From NCBI GenBank assembly GCA_963740635.1, contig CAVUEQ010000001.1, forward strand, positions 657,026-721,025: a stretch of DNA of 64,000 nt, in the 5' to 3' direction. This document shows, piece by piece, positions 27,641 through 36,637 of this stretch (positions are counted from its first letter, which is position 1; each line of letters begins with the position of its first letter). The notes beneath the pieces are model-generated. The model made no database searches. It saw only the letters and a program-made list of their open reading frames with translations, and had not been told where the DNA came from. Made by a program: the position numbers and the translations under genes. This stretch comes from an uncultured bacterium (GTDB lineage: Bacteria > Patescibacteriota > Saccharimonadia > UBA4664).

Positions 27641-29754
27641 ACTGGCAGGAAGTAATCCTCGGTAAGTTAACTACCCAGGCGTTGCCGCACGAATGGTTTA
27701 CTATTGGCGGGACGATCGGCTTTATACTGCTACCATTCCTGGGCGTGATCGCACTTGGCTGGATCAAGGGCTGGAAGTGGTTGTGGGGAGAGTGGTTCAC
27801 CTCGGTTGACCCGAAGCGAATCGGCATCATGTACATGATTGTGGCCGGGTTTATGCTGTTGCGCGGCGGCCTGGACGCACTTATGCTCTGGCTGCAGCAG
27901 GCGCTGGGAGCCAGTAACATGCCCGGTTTTCTGGGCGTCCAGCACGGCTACCTCTCGGCCAGCCACTTCCAACAGATCTTCACAGCCCATGGCAACATCA
28001 TGGTGTTTTTCGTGGCGATGGCCTTCATCTTCGGGCTCATCAACTTCATCGTGCCATTGCAGATTGGCGCGCGTGACTTAGCGTTTCCGTTTTTGAATAC
28101 GCTCGGGTTTTGGCTCTACGTGGCCGGCGTAGTCATGGTAAACATGTTCTTCGCGCTGGGCGGCGAATACGCCGCGACCGGCTGGCTGGCGATAGCACCG
28201 CTACAGGGCAAGGAGTTTAGCCCCGGTGTGGGGGTGGACTATTGGATCTGGAGCCTTCAGATTTCCGGCATTGGCACCACCTTGAGTGCGCTGAACTTCA
28301 TTGTGACCATTATCAAGATGCGCGCACCCGGCATGACCATCTGGAAGATGCCGCTGTTTACCTGGGGCTCGCTGTGCAGCATGCTGATGGCGATCACGGT
28401 CTTCCCGCTGCTGACCGCTACGCTCTTCCTGTCCTTTTTCGATCGCTACATCGGCACGCACTTCTTCACCATCACGGCCGGGGGCGATCCTATGCTGTAC
28501 ACAAGCATGATCTGGATGTGGGGGCATCCCGAGGTCTATATTCTGGTGCTGCCGGCCTTTGGAGTGTTTTCTGAGGTGGTGTCGACCTTCAGCCGCAAGC
28601 CGGTCGCCAGCTACGCGACTGCGGTATTGGGTATGGTCGGCGTCTCGTCACTGGGACTTTCGGTGTGGCTGCACCACTTCTTCACGATGGGGGCCGGCGC
28701 CGACGTCAACGCGTGGTTCGGGCTGATGAGCATGATAATTGCGATCCCGACGGCGGTGCTAATGTATACCTGGATCGCCACGTTGTACAAGGGCCGGATT
28801 CGGTTTGCTACCCCGATGCTGTGGTTTTTGGGGTTTGTCTTCACTTTCACGATCGGCGGCTTGAGCGGCGTAATGCTGGGTATACCGACGGCGGATTTCC
28901 AGCTGCACAACAGCCTGTACCTGGTGGCCCATTTCCACGCCAACGTGGTCGGTGGGGTGCTCTTCGGTATCTTTTGCGGCATTACCTTCTGGTTCCCCAA
29001 GTTTGCGGGCTTTAGGCTCAATGAGCGGATCGGGAAGAACGCCTTCTGGTTCTGGATTGTGGGGTTCTGTTTGTCATTTATACCGATGATGATTCTGGGG
29101 CTAATGGGGGCTACCCGCCGCCTTGACCACTACGACGCCTCTACCGGCTGGCAGCCGTTGTACATCACTATGCTCATCGGCGGCCTCCTCATAGCGAGCG
29201 GCGTGGGCTTGCAGCTGGCTCAGATTTTGGCCAGCATTATTGAGCGCAAACGCCTGGCAGATACGACCGGAGATCCATGGAATGGACGGTCGCTGGAGTG
29301 GTCCACCGCCTCACCGCCTCCGGCCTATAACATCAGCAAAATTCCGACCGTGACCACTCGTGATGCGTTTTGGGAAATGAAGCAAAAAGGCCAGGGCGAG
29401 CCGGCCTACGAGGATATCCACGTCGTTAAGAATACCGCTGCCGGCATCTACATCTCCATCTTCGCTTTCCTCGCGGGCTTTGGCTTCGTCTGGAACATAG
29501 TGTGGCTGTGGGTGGCGTCGCTAATAGCGATAATCGTGAGCATTGTGGTGCGGTCATTCACCGAGGACACCGAGTATACAGTGACGGCGGCCGAGGTGAA
29601 GGCGCTCGAGGAAGAGCGCCTGAAGCACGTGCCTGATGCCCCGCCCGCAAGTGTCAGTGATCCCGATGAAGACATGGGAGTATGGGACCTGGTGAAGTGG
29701 TTGATGGCGTTTGCTTTGGATATTGTGAGGAGGAAACGATGGCGGAAGCAGTAG
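27637..29754 (+). CDS. cyoB: Heme-copper quinol oxidase subunit I
   Basis: 705-aa ORF: GMIWMWGHPEVYILVLPAFG, LWFLGFVFTFTIGGLSGV and HFH motifs. ATGA overlap with subunit II. Confidence 0.93.
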   Translation: MNWQEVILGKLTTQALPHEWFTIGGTIGFILLPFLGVIALGWIKGWKWLWGEWFTSVDPKRIGIMYMIVAGFMLLRGGLDALMLWLQQALGASNMPGFLGVQHGYLSASHFQQIFTAHGNIMVFFVAMAFIFGLINFIVPLQIGARDLAFPFLNTLGFWLYVAGVVMVNMFFALGGEYAATGWLAIAPLQGKEFSPGVGVDYWIWSLQISGIGTTLSALNFIVTIIKMRAPGMTIWKMPLFTWGSLCSMLMAITVFPLLTATLFLSFFDRYIGTHFFTITAGGDPMLYTSMIWMWGHPEVYILVLPAFGVFSEVVSTFSRKPVASYATAVLGMVGVSSLGLSVWLHHFFTMGAGADVNAWFGLMSMIIAIPTAVLMYTWIATLYKGRIRFATPMLWFLGFVFTFTIGGLSGVMLGIPTADFQLHNSLYLVAHFHANVVGGVLFGIFCGITFWFPKFAGFRLNERIGKNAFWFWIVGFCLSFIPMMILGLMGATRRLDHYDASTGWQPLYITMLIGGLLIASGVGLQLAQILASIIERKRLADTTGDPWNGRSLEWSTASPPPAYNISKIPTVTTRDAFWEMKQKGQGEPAYEDIHVVKNTAAGIYISIFAFLAGFGFVWNIVWLWVASLIAIIVSIVVRSFTEDTEYTVTAAEVKALEEERLKHVPDAPPASVSDPDEDMGVWDLVKWLMAFALDIVRRKRWRKQ

Positions 29755-30335
29755 CCGAGCCCAGCCAGCACGAAGAAGCAGCCAACGACCGGACGGTGTT
29801 TGGATTCTGGGTCTACCTTATGACCGACTTGTTGATGTTCTCCATTCTGTTTGCGGCCTATTCGGTGCTGCACGGCAACACGCTCGGCGGGGAATCGGGG
29901 CGAGAGCTCTTTAGCCAACCGGTGGCGCTCACCAAAACACTGCTGCTGCTCACCAGTAGCTTCACTGCCGGCATCGGCATGTACCGGGCGAGGCAGGGCA
30001 ACAAGAAACAAGTCCTAATCTGGTTTGGCATCACCTTCCTGCTTGGCCTGTCCTTTTTGGGGCTGGAAATCAAGGAGTTCGTCCAGTTTTTCCACGAAGG
30101 CCACACTATTCAGACTAACGGCTTCCTGTCGTCCTTTTTCGTGCTGGTGGGCACGCACGGGCTGCACATTACCTCAGGACTGCTGTGGATGGGGATCACG
30201 CTGGGGGTGGTATCGGCGCGCGGATTGCGCCCTAGCGTGGTGCGGAAACTGAGCTTGCTGAGCCTGTTCTGGCATTTCCTAGATATTGTCTGGATCTTCA
30301 TTTTCACTATCGTTTACCTGCAGGCCCGGGTGTGA
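29739..30335 (+). CDS. cyoC: Quinol oxidase subunit III
   Basis: GAGGAGG-N5-ATG at 29739. FGFWVYLMTDLLMFSILFAAY...FWHFLDIVWIFIFTIVY. Confidence 0.88.
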   Translation: MAEAVAEPSQHEEAANDRTVFGFWVYLMTDLLMFSILFAAYSVLHGNTLGGESGRELFSQPVALTKTLLLLTSSFTAGIGMYRARQGNKKQVLIWFGITFLLGLSFLGLEIKEFVQFFHEGHTIQTNGFLSSFFVLVGTHGLHITSGLLWMGITLGVVSARGLRPSVVRKLSLLSLFWHFLDIVWIFIFTIVYLQARV

Positions 30336-30991
30336 AAAGAGAGCACGGCACCGTCAAGAATTATGTGATCGGGTTTGGCCTGTCGCTTCTGTTTACGCTC
30401 ATTCCCTACTTCCTGGTGGCGAACCAGGTCGTGACGGGCGAGGCGCTTTATCTCACGATCATTACGTTTGCGCTGCTGCAGGCTATTATCCAAGTGTTCT
30501 TCTTCCTGCACCTGGGGCGGGAACGCAATCCGCGCTGGCAGTCTGGATTTCTGGCGGCTACGGTCGGCGGTATAATTGTGGTGACGGTGGGCACCACAAT
30601 TATCCTGTACCACCTGCACACCAACATGACGCCGTCGGCAGAGGCACTGAAGGCGGCTGAAGACGAGGGCATTGCCCAGGTCGGCGGGCAGGATACCGGC
30701 GCTTGCGTCGGGCCGTACGTCCTCCACAAAGTTACGATCACGAACGGCGTTGCCAGCCCCAGCCACACCAACGCGCGAAAGTGTGACCGGATCGAATTCA
30801 AGGATGCGGACAGCGGGGTGCGTGATATTGCTTTCGGATCTTATCCGCACCATGAGGTGTATGGGGGAGTGGAAGACCTGATAATCTCCAGGGATCAGAA
30901 CCAGACATTGATTCTGGACGAGTTGGGCACGTATTCGTTCCACGACCACCTGCACGAGCAGACAACCGGCAGCTTTACCGTAAAACCCTGA
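30332..30991 (+). CDS. cyoD: Quinol oxidase subunit IV fused to a ~110-aa C-terminal cupredoxin-like domain
   Basis: GTGA overlap with cyoC. The first ~105 aa are CyoD-like, with three TM helices (YVIGFGLSLLFTLIPYFLV...). The C-terminal half HKVTITNGVASPSH..CDRIEFKDAD..HHEVYGG..GTYSFHDHLHEQTTGSFTV is beta-rich and His-rich. Confidence 0.75.
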   Translation: MKREHGTVKNYVIGFGLSLLFTLIPYFLVANQVVTGEALYLTIITFALLQAIIQVFFFLHLGRERNPRWQSGFLAATVGGIIVVTVGTTIILYHLHTNMTPSAEALKAAEDEGIAQVGGQDTGACVGPYVLHKVTITNGVASPSHTNARKCDRIEFKDADSGVRDIAFGSYPHHEVYGGVEDLIISRDQNQTLILDELGTYSFHDHLHEQTTGSFTVKP

Positions 30992-31278
30992 CCGAATCAT
31001 AACCCCCAAGTGCTTCAGGTCACTGACCAGCCGGGCCGGGAGCCCTAGCATGTGATATGAGGGCAACCGCGCGCCGCCTCGGCGATGCAAGGGCGCTGGT
31101 CGTGAGGGGCCGCTATCGATGCGGACGATTCTGCTATCCAGACCAGGGCGCGACCGCCACACCCTAAACTGCCGGACGGATCTATCAGGGGAGGACCGTC
31201 CAGCAGGGACACGGAATTATTATCCAGGCGGGACCTGAACCAGGCTCCGGCGGTAGTGCGGCGCCCAGGAGTCGCGGC

Positions 31279-31608
31279 TCAGAACCGGTAGGCCGTCACC
31301 TTTTCTTCGGTCACCAGAGCGCCGTTCACCATGCCGGTGGTTTCGAGCTCGTCCTTGAGCCGGTCGATTTTGGCGGCTGTATCCACGATTTCCACTACTA
31401 ATGACAGGTCGGTGCTGAGCTCCAGGATGCCGGCGGTATGCATTTTGTGGTGGCGCCCAAAGCCTTCTATCCCCCGCAACACCGTGGCGCCGGCATATTC
31501 GTGGGTGCGCAGGTATTCCAGCAGGTACTGGTAGGCCGGCCGGCCTTTAAACTTGTAGCTTTCTTCCAGGAAGATGCGCAATAGCACTTGCTGCTCGGTC
31601 TGTTTCAC
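31279..31608 (-). CDS. DUF190 (CrcB-associated) protein
   Basis: GTG start at 31608 overlapping the crcB stop (GTGA). LLRIFLEESYKFKGRPAYQYLLEYLR..GATVLRGIEGFG. Confidence 0.75.
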   Translation of the reverse strand: MKQTEQQVLLRIFLEESYKFKGRPAYQYLLEYLRTHEYAGATVLRGIEGFGRHHKMHTAGILELSTDLSLVVEIVDTAAKIDRLKDELETTGMVNGALVTEEKVTAYRF

Positions 31609-31994
31609 TTTATTAATCCTCCAATTAGTAAGGCCGCCTCTTTGCCTAAGTATATGGCAAGCAGGCACAAAAACAGGTTGGCGCTCAGATTTAGCCCGAA
31701 CAACGCGTAGTCGCGCAGGTCCACAAAGCGGAACGACTCGTAGGCAAACGTCGACATTGTGGTGAAGGCGCCGATGAAGCCCACGGCCATGAAGCTACGG
31801 AATTCGGGGGAGATGAGCCGGTCGTCGTGCAAAATGCTGTACATAATGACGCCCAAAAAGAAGCTGCCGATAATGTTCACCAGCAGCGTGCCGAGCGGAA
31901 AGCTGCCCCAGAACCCCGAGGTATATTTGGAAACCAGGAACCGGCTGACGGCTCCCAGAAACCCTCCGGCGCCTATAAGCAAAAGTTGCTGCAT
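31605..31994 (-). CDS. crcB: Fluoride channel CrcB/FluC
   Basis: 129-aa ORF: GGFLGAVSRFLV, GTLLVNIIGSFFLG, GFIGAFTTMSTF. Confidence 0.88.
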   Translation of the reverse strand: MQQLLLIGAGGFLGAVSRFLVSKYTSGFWGSFPLGTLLVNIIGSFFLGVIMYSILHDDRLISPEFRSFMAVGFIGAFTTMSTFAYESFRFVDLRDYALFGLNLSANLFLCLLAIYLGKEAALLIGGLIK

Positions 31995-32045
31995 GGTTGG
32001 AAGTATACCAATAAACGGGGTCCGTGGTGACCACCGGACACCAGC

Positions 32046-32077
32046 AATTCCTTGGCTGGGGCGCAGGATTCGAACTG
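32046..32077 (-). repeat. tRNA-Gln 3'-end-like repeat R1
   Basis: AATTCCTTGGCTGGGGCGCAGGATTCGAACTG on the + strand. Compare the tRNA copy AATTCCTTGGCTGGGGCGCTAGGATTCGAACC. Confidence 0.8.
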
Positions 32078-32101
32078 AAAGTTAGACAGGTCGTTGATCA
32101 C

Positions 32102-32118
32102 TACACTAAGGTAGTGTA
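32102..32118 (+). promoter_or_regulatory. Candidate antitoxin operator (7-3-7 perfect inverted repeat)
   Basis: TACACTA-AGG-TAGTGTA, 14 nt upstream of the RHH antitoxin ATG. Confidence 0.4.
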
Positions 32119-32131
32119 CACTGTAGTCATT

Positions 32132-32353
32132 ATGAAGAATATTACACTTTCAGCACCCGAAGAGCTGATTGAGCTGGCACGGAAAAAGGCTGCGGCAAAA
32201 GGCACGACACTGAACAATGAATTTCGAGATTGGCTGGAGGCACAGGCGATAAGCGGCGAAGAGCATGTGGCGCAGTATAAGCAGCTGCTGGGACAGTTGT
32301 CCCACGTGGACGCTGGCCGTAAGTTCACTCGAGACGAAATGAACGAGCGCTAG
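32132..32353 (+). CDS. Ribbon-helix-helix-type antitoxin (VapB-like)
   Basis: 73-aa product MKNITLSAPEELIELARKKAAAKGTTLNNEFRDWL. Ends 4 nt upstream of a PIN toxin gene. Confidence 0.6.
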   Translation: MKNITLSAPEELIELARKKAAAKGTTLNNEFRDWLEAQAISGEEHVAQYKQLLGQLSHVDAGRKFTRDEMNER

Positions 32354-32357
32354 GCCA

Positions 32358-32786
32358 ATGCCCCTAAAAGATAAAGTATTTTTTGATACCAATGTTTTGG
32401 TATACCAATTTGACCGATCTACTCCGTCCAAACAGAGTCGAGCCGAAGAACTCATAGAGCACTGCATCCTCGAGAAACGCGCTGCTATAAGTTCACAAGT
32501 GGTGCAAGAGTTCATGAACGTGGCTTTATCGAAGTTCGCAGTGAAACTATCAGCGCAGGAGCTGGAACAGGTTATGTTTATGCTGCTCAAACCGCTATGT
32601 TCTCATACCCCCACCTTTGAGTTTTATCAGCGAACGCTCAAACTATATGCGTCACACTCACTTAGCTTTTACGATGCACTAATTATCCAAGCAGCGATGG
32701 ATCTGGGTTGCAGGACGCTTTATAGCGAAGATTTACAGGATGGCCAGCGGTTCGGAACTATAACGGTCAAAAACCCATTTATCTAA
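32358..32786 (+). CDS. vapC: PIN-domain toxin (VapC family)
   Basis: 142-aa ORF: FFDTNVLVY...SSQVVQEF...FYDALIIQAA...LYSEDLQDG. Confidence 0.75.
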   Translation: MPLKDKVFFDTNVLVYQFDRSTPSKQSRAEELIEHCILEKRAAISSQVVQEFMNVALSKFAVKLSAQELEQVMFMLLKPLCSHTPTFEFYQRTLKLYASHSLSFYDALIIQAAMDLGCRTLYSEDLQDGQRFGTITVKNPFI

Positions 32787-32799
32787 AAAGCAACATACG

Positions 32800-32827
32800 C
32801 TTGGCTGGGGCTCAGGATTCGAACTTT
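32800..32827 (-). repeat. tRNA-Gln 3'-end-like repeat R2
   Basis: CTTGGCTGGGGCTCAGGATTCGAACTTT. Confidence 0.75.
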
Positions 32828-32836
32828 GCAATCAGA

Positions 32837-33232
32837 CTACTTCGTGGCATCCAGGGACTTGAAGCCCGAAATTGTTATTGCGAGTATTTTGGGGTCACTT
32901 GTTACTAGCGTACATTTTTCGTTTCGGGCAACCGAGATTAGCATATTGTCAAAAGGGTCTTTATTGTCGGGGTTAAAAATGGCGTACCCGTGTAAGGCGT
33001 CTTCATCAGGCATAATTATTTCGATGCCCATTTTCGGCAGATCACCAATTACCGAGTGATCATAGTCCAGCTTGCCAATGCTGGCTTTTATTGTCATCTC
33101 GAAAAAAGAAAAATAGCTGATGCTAACCCGGTTACTTGTATCACTGAGCCGTTGCAGAGCACTGGAGCCGATGTTATTGTTCTCGTTCAAAAGCCAAATG
33201 AAAACCTGAGTGTCTACTAAGAGGTGCGCCAC
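32837..33232 (-). CDS. vapC: PIN-domain toxin (VapC family)
   Basis: 131-aa ORF: LLVDTQVFIWLL...ISYFSFFEM...DPFDNMLISVA...LVTSDPKI. Confidence 0.75.
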   Translation of the reverse strand: MAHLLVDTQVFIWLLNENNNIGSSALQRLSDTSNRVSISYFSFFEMTIKASIGKLDYDHSVIGDLPKMGIEIIMPDEDALHGYAIFNPDNKDPFDNMLISVARNEKCTLVTSDPKILAITISGFKSLDATK

Positions 33233-33235
33233 TCT

Positions 33236-33487
33236 TTATTCATCCAACATCAGCGCGGCAATACTCTTGTCTGTCGACTCGGCAAATGCATCTGGTTTTG
33301 CCGTTATTTTACCCTTGGCTATGCTGAATACGCGTTTTGAGAGTGAGCCAGACTCCTGATCGGAGACTTTTACCATTAGTACTTCTGGCTTGCCAAATCC
33401 ACCAATATAGATCTTTTCGCCCTGCTTTGCTTGGGCAATATATTTGCTGAGGTTGGTTTTGGCATCGTGGATTGATATCATCTTCAT
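33236..33487 (-). CDS. Phd/YefM-family antitoxin
   Basis: 83-aa ORF: MISIHDAKTNLSKYIAQAKQGEKIYIGGFGKPEVLMV. Confidence 0.7.
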   Translation of the reverse strand: MKMISIHDAKTNLSKYIAQAKQGEKIYIGGFGKPEVLMVKVSDQESGSLSKRVFSIAKGKITAKPDAFAESTDKSIAALMLDE

Positions 33488-33558
33488 GTTTCTATCTTAG
33501 CTAGCCTAGCTAACCCTGTCAAGCGATAGTGCTAGTCCTTGCCGGATGAGTAGTTGAT

Positions 33559-33594
33559 GGCTTTGTAAAGCCAAAAAATTCCTGGCTGAGGCGG
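33559..33594 (-). repeat. tRNA-Gln 3'-end-like repeat R3, including the downstream hairpin
   Basis: GGCTTTGTAAAGCCAAAAAATTCCTGGCTGAGGCGG. Compare GGCTTTACAAAGCCAATAATTCCTTGGCTGGGGCGC next to the tRNA. Confidence 0.65.
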
Positions 33595-33600
33595 AAGTAC

Positions 33601-34494
33601 TTATTCCAAACTTTTCAGTCTCTCCAAAACACCCTCGGCGAAAATGCGGGATACCATTTCGTCATAGCCACTGTCGAGTCCGCTGCTGCCGACCACTATC
33701 CTGCCCTCATCAGGGTCATCTGCGCTGCCCGCGTGCACCGCTCCTTGTCGGAGTGCACTACTGTTAGGTGATTCGGTTAGGAGTGTATACATGGCTTTCA
33801 GCGCCGCAATCTTATCAAACGGCAGGGACCATGGTATTTCCGCGCCTTCCGGATCTTTCAGAGTAATGAAGGTATCGTTAGCCAACAAACTGGCACTCAA
33901 AGCCTGTTGTAGCTCGGGACTAAAATCTGCGTCTTGTTTGTCTGTCATTATTGTCTTACGCAGAGTTTTCACTTTTTCCAGAAGGGCATCCCGCTGAGCC
34001 TTATCGAGCTTTAGGGCTTTCGGATCGAGTGCAACCACCGCCATTACCGGCTTCTGCTCCGGCTTGATCACTAGGTCTTTCGGGCGCAAACCCTTGAAAC
34101 GCCCATCTTCATTTACGCTGTTGGCATCATCAACCCCTGGCGGCGCCGGCTCCAGGTAGTCGGCTTTCGTGGCTTTATTACCATTTGAAGTTGTGTCATC
34201 GAAGCCCTCAATTGTTTCTTTGGTTGCGAGCTCACCCAAGGCGGAATTCTGCCACAATTCACTAACCTTTGTTGTCAGGTGATTGTCTTTTAGCTCGCGA
34301 AGAGCGTAGGCCAGCCGTCCTTCGCCGAAGAAGTGGGCGGCAACGGCTTTGGTGGCCCGGCCTAATTCAGAGGAAGCGGCGCCGGCATCGATCGACGAGA
34401 GAAACGAGCCATTCCGGCGAGGGCCACGCTCGGGTGATTCAAGGTTGGGGAACGAAAATGTAGCTTCCCTCTCGGGGCCGGGTTGTTCTTGCAT
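33601..34494 (-). CDS. Hypothetical protein
   Basis: 297-aa ORF. No motif I recognise. Confidence 0.5.
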   Translation of the reverse strand: MQEQPGPEREATFSFPNLESPERGPRRNGSFLSSIDAGAASSELGRATKAVAAHFFGEGRLAYALRELKDNHLTTKVSELWQNSALGELATKETIEGFDDTTSNGNKATKADYLEPAPPGVDDANSVNEDGRFKGLRPKDLVIKPEQKPVMAVVALDPKALKLDKAQRDALLEKVKTLRKTIMTDKQDADFSPELQQALSASLLANDTFITLKDPEGAEIPWSLPFDKIAALKAMYTLLTESPNSSALRQGAVHAGSADDPDEGRIVVGSSGLDSGYDEMVSRIFAEGVLERLKSLE

Positions 34495-34538
34495 GTGTAA
34501 ATCATAGCATCTGAGCCTGGCTCAGATGCAGCGCAGGG

Positions 34539-35336
34539 CTATTTTGTCGAAACCGCAATGGTCAGCGTCATAGCATAGTGCTTTTCGAGCGTACCGCCTG
34601 GCAATTTATTAATGATGTTTGCGATGCGGTGGAAAAATTTGTCGCGGTCGGTTTTCGAAAGAGCGATCATCATGGAGTAGGTTGAAAGCACGTCGAGATA
34701 TTGTTGGGCAGTGTATTTTATCACCATCGGAAAAGCACTATAGCTCACGAATGTAAACAGGTTCGGATCGAACTTTTCAGTTGAGCGCAGGCTGGCTAGT
34801 TTAGGCGGTTCTGATTGGGTGTATAGATTTGCTTGTTGCTCAAATGGGATGTACCTGTCAAAAAATGGCTTGCTGGAATGGTAGAATTGATCGCCGTTCC
34901 CGTCACATGTATGTACAGTGTGAATCACCGCCAAATGACCCCCGTTTACCAGTAGGTCGTGGGTTTTTGTGTATTTATACTCGTCGAGGACCCAATGAAA
35001 AGCAGTAGCTGAAAGGATAAGAGCGAACTCGTCCTTGGGCAGCTCGGTCCGCTCGAACGCGCCGGTGACGATCTGGACATTAGAGTAGCCCGCAAGAACC
35101 TCCCGAGCCTTCTCGGCCATCTGTGGTCCGAGCTCAACGGCTGTAATATTGTACCCTCGATCCGCCAAAGGCTTTGTTGCTTGGCCGGTTCCCGGGCCTA
35201 TCTCCAAAATGCTCGCGCCGGGCGCCAGTTTGGTGTCCTTAATCAGGCGCTCAAATAGCTGCACCGGGTAGTGCGGCCGTGATGCATGGTAATGGTCGGG
35301 CACTTGGTCGAATGTTGATCGCAGAGGAATGGTCAT
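34539..35336 (-). CDS. Class I SAM-dependent methyltransferase
   Basis: 265-aa ORF: ILEIGPGTGQATKPLADRGYNITAVELGPQMAEKA. Confidence 0.8.
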   Translation of the reverse strand: MTIPLRSTFDQVPDHYHASRPHYPVQLFERLIKDTKLAPGASILEIGPGTGQATKPLADRGYNITAVELGPQMAEKAREVLAGYSNVQIVTGAFERTELPKDEFALILSATAFHWVLDEYKYTKTHDLLVNGGHLAVIHTVHTCDGNGDQFYHSSKPFFDRYIPFEQQANLYTQSEPPKLASLRSTEKFDPNLFTFVSYSAFPMVIKYTAQQYLDVLSTYSMMIALSKTDRDKFFHRIANIINKLPGGTLEKHYAMTLTIAVSTK

Positions 35337-35343
35337 GTGATAG

Positions 35344-35364
35344 ATAATAGTTCCTTGGCTGGGA
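35344..35364 (-). repeat. tRNA-Gln 3'-end-like repeat R4 (short)
   Basis: ATAATAGTTCCTTGGCTGGGA. Confidence 0.55.
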
Positions 35365-35471
35365 CTATGGTCCGATTACCGGACTTTACAAACGCCGGTA
35401 AATCCTTTAACGGTGAAGCGGGTTGAAGCCCTGTTTGCGGAGTGGCATGAGCCAGTAGCTAGCACGAGTGA

Positions 35472-35816
35472 TTAGAGAGCTTTAGGCCTAGTCGAAATGC
35501 GGGTTAGCGCTCGTCCGAGCAATGCTAGGATTATCCCGCACACAGCCCCGAACACCCCTAAAATAACAAAGAAAGGTACTCTGCTAATCAAGCTCTGGCT
35601 GCCGCTATACCCCATAATCATAAAGACAAACGAAACCAGGAAGCCGAATATAGCCCCTCCCATAGCAGCCTCACTCAATCTTTTTGCCAGAAAACCAATA
35701 CCAAGCCCAATAATGGCCCATGCTGCCAAACTAAATACCGATTCATGCAATAGCAGCTTTGATACAGCCATGCCAATCACTGCTCCGCTAAGGCTAATAA
35801 TTACAATTCTCTGCAT
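35472..35816 (-). CDS. Small 4-TM membrane protein
   Basis: 114-aa hydrophobic ORF. Confidence 0.5.
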   Translation of the reverse strand: MQRIVIISLSGAVIGMAVSKLLLHESVFSLAAWAIIGLGIGFLAKRLSEAAMGGAIFGFLVSFVFMIMGYSGSQSLISRVPFFVILGVFGAVCGIILALLGRALTRISTRPKAL

Positions 35817-35847
35817 AGGTACATACTACCACGATAAGCATAAGCCC

Positions 35848-35875
35848 AATGGCTGGGGCGGCAGGTTTCGAACTG
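35848..35875 (-). repeat. tRNA-Gln 3'-end-like repeat R5
   Basis: AATGGCTGGGGCGGCAGGTTTCGAACTG, abutting the doc stop codon. Confidence 0.7.
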
Positions 35876-36262
35876 TTACGATTGCTTGCTACTATGCTGC
35901 TGTATCCACTTTGCTACATCGGCTAGGTCCGGGTGACTGTTAGCCATGCTGAGCGTATATTGTTCGAGCTCCTCGTTCGTCGCTGAGAGGTCATAACCAT
36001 TAACTGTGAGAAAACGATACATCGAGATGGCAGAGGTTCGTTTGTTGCCATCAATGAAGACGTGATAGTTGCAAAGTGCCTCGTACAAGGCGGCCGCTTT
36101 GGCGAAGACAGTGGGATACAGTTCTTGCCCACCGAAGCCGGCTTGTGGCTTGGCCGCGATTGACTCTAGAAGTTCAGGCTCCCGGATCCCAAGAGAGCCG
36201 CCGGTAGCTTCCACAATTTGATTATGGATAGCTGTGATTTCGGCGGCTTCGAGGTAGTGCAT
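35876..36262 (-). CDS. doc: Fic/Doc-family toxin (Doc)
   Basis: 128-aa ORF with the Fic motif HVFIDGNKRT. Confidence 0.85.
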   Translation of the reverse strand: MHYLEAAEITAIHNQIVEATGGSLGIREPELLESIAAKPQAGFGGQELYPTVFAKAAALYEALCNYHVFIDGNKRTSAISMYRFLTVNGYDLSATNEELEQYTLSMANSHPDLADVAKWIQQHSSKQS

Positions 36263-36483
36263 TATATGTCGGCAAGCGCTTCCAAGGCTGGGCGGTAGCG
36301 ATCGATGGCTTTGCTTGTCCAGGCTGTGAGTTCTTCATCTACTGGCAGGCTTTCCGTGACTGGCACGAGACGGAAGATTGGTTTTGACCGTTTGACGACC
36401 ACGAAGGTTTCGCCACGATTTGCCCGCTCTGCTACAGCCTCTGTGTTTTCTCTGAGCTCCTTGAGCCCGATTATGGTGGCCAT
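36262..36483 (-). CDS. phd: Phd/YefM-type antitoxin
   Basis: 73-aa ORF: IIGLKELRENTEAVAERANRGETFVVVKRSKPIFRLVPV. 1-nt overlap with doc. Confidence 0.7.
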   Translation of the reverse strand: MATIIGLKELRENTEAVAERANRGETFVVVKRSKPIFRLVPVTESLPVDEELTAWTSKAIDRYRPALEALADI

Positions 36484-36542
36484 ATAGTTGATCCTTTAAG
36501 GTTACTTATAGATTAACTTAAAAGCTACTTTGTGTCAACATG

Positions 36543-36560
36543 ATAATTCCTTGGCTGGGC
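36543..36560 (-). repeat. tRNA-Gln 3'-end-like repeat R6
   Basis: ATAATTCCTTGGCTGGGC. 17 of 18 nt are identical to the copy at 36629-36646. Confidence 0.7.
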
Positions 36561-36637
36561 CTAGTCAGCGACATCAGAATCGCTCTTGAACAGGCCGGGG
36601 AGCTGCGAGATGTGGCTTTACAAAGCCAATAATTCCT

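Larger units (their letters stand above)
32046..36637. mobile_element. tRNA-Gln-adjacent accessory island: TA-rich cassettes separated by tRNA 3'-end repeats, with no integrase in the window
   Basis: Lower GC than the flanks. Bounded by the 3' end of tRNA-Gln (36638) and the most distal repeat (32046). Contents and repeats are listed as separate features. Confidence 0.65.

Noticed and set aside
30992-31278. 287-nt GC-rich ORF-poor spacer between cyoD and the DUF190 gene as an RNA gene.
   Set aside because: Only one modest hairpin (GGACGG-N16-CCGTCC, 31174-31201) is present, with no recognisable motif. It may simply be 3' UTRs of convergent operons. There is not enough evidence to call a feature.
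31995-32045. Fluoride riboswitch (crcB motif) upstream of crcB.
   Set aside because: The 50-nt leader (GCUGGUGUCCGGUGGUCACCACGGACCCCGUUUAUUGG...) lacks the conserved GAUGG...CCUCCG-type core as I remember it. Only a generic hairpin is present. An Infernal scan would be needed to be certain.
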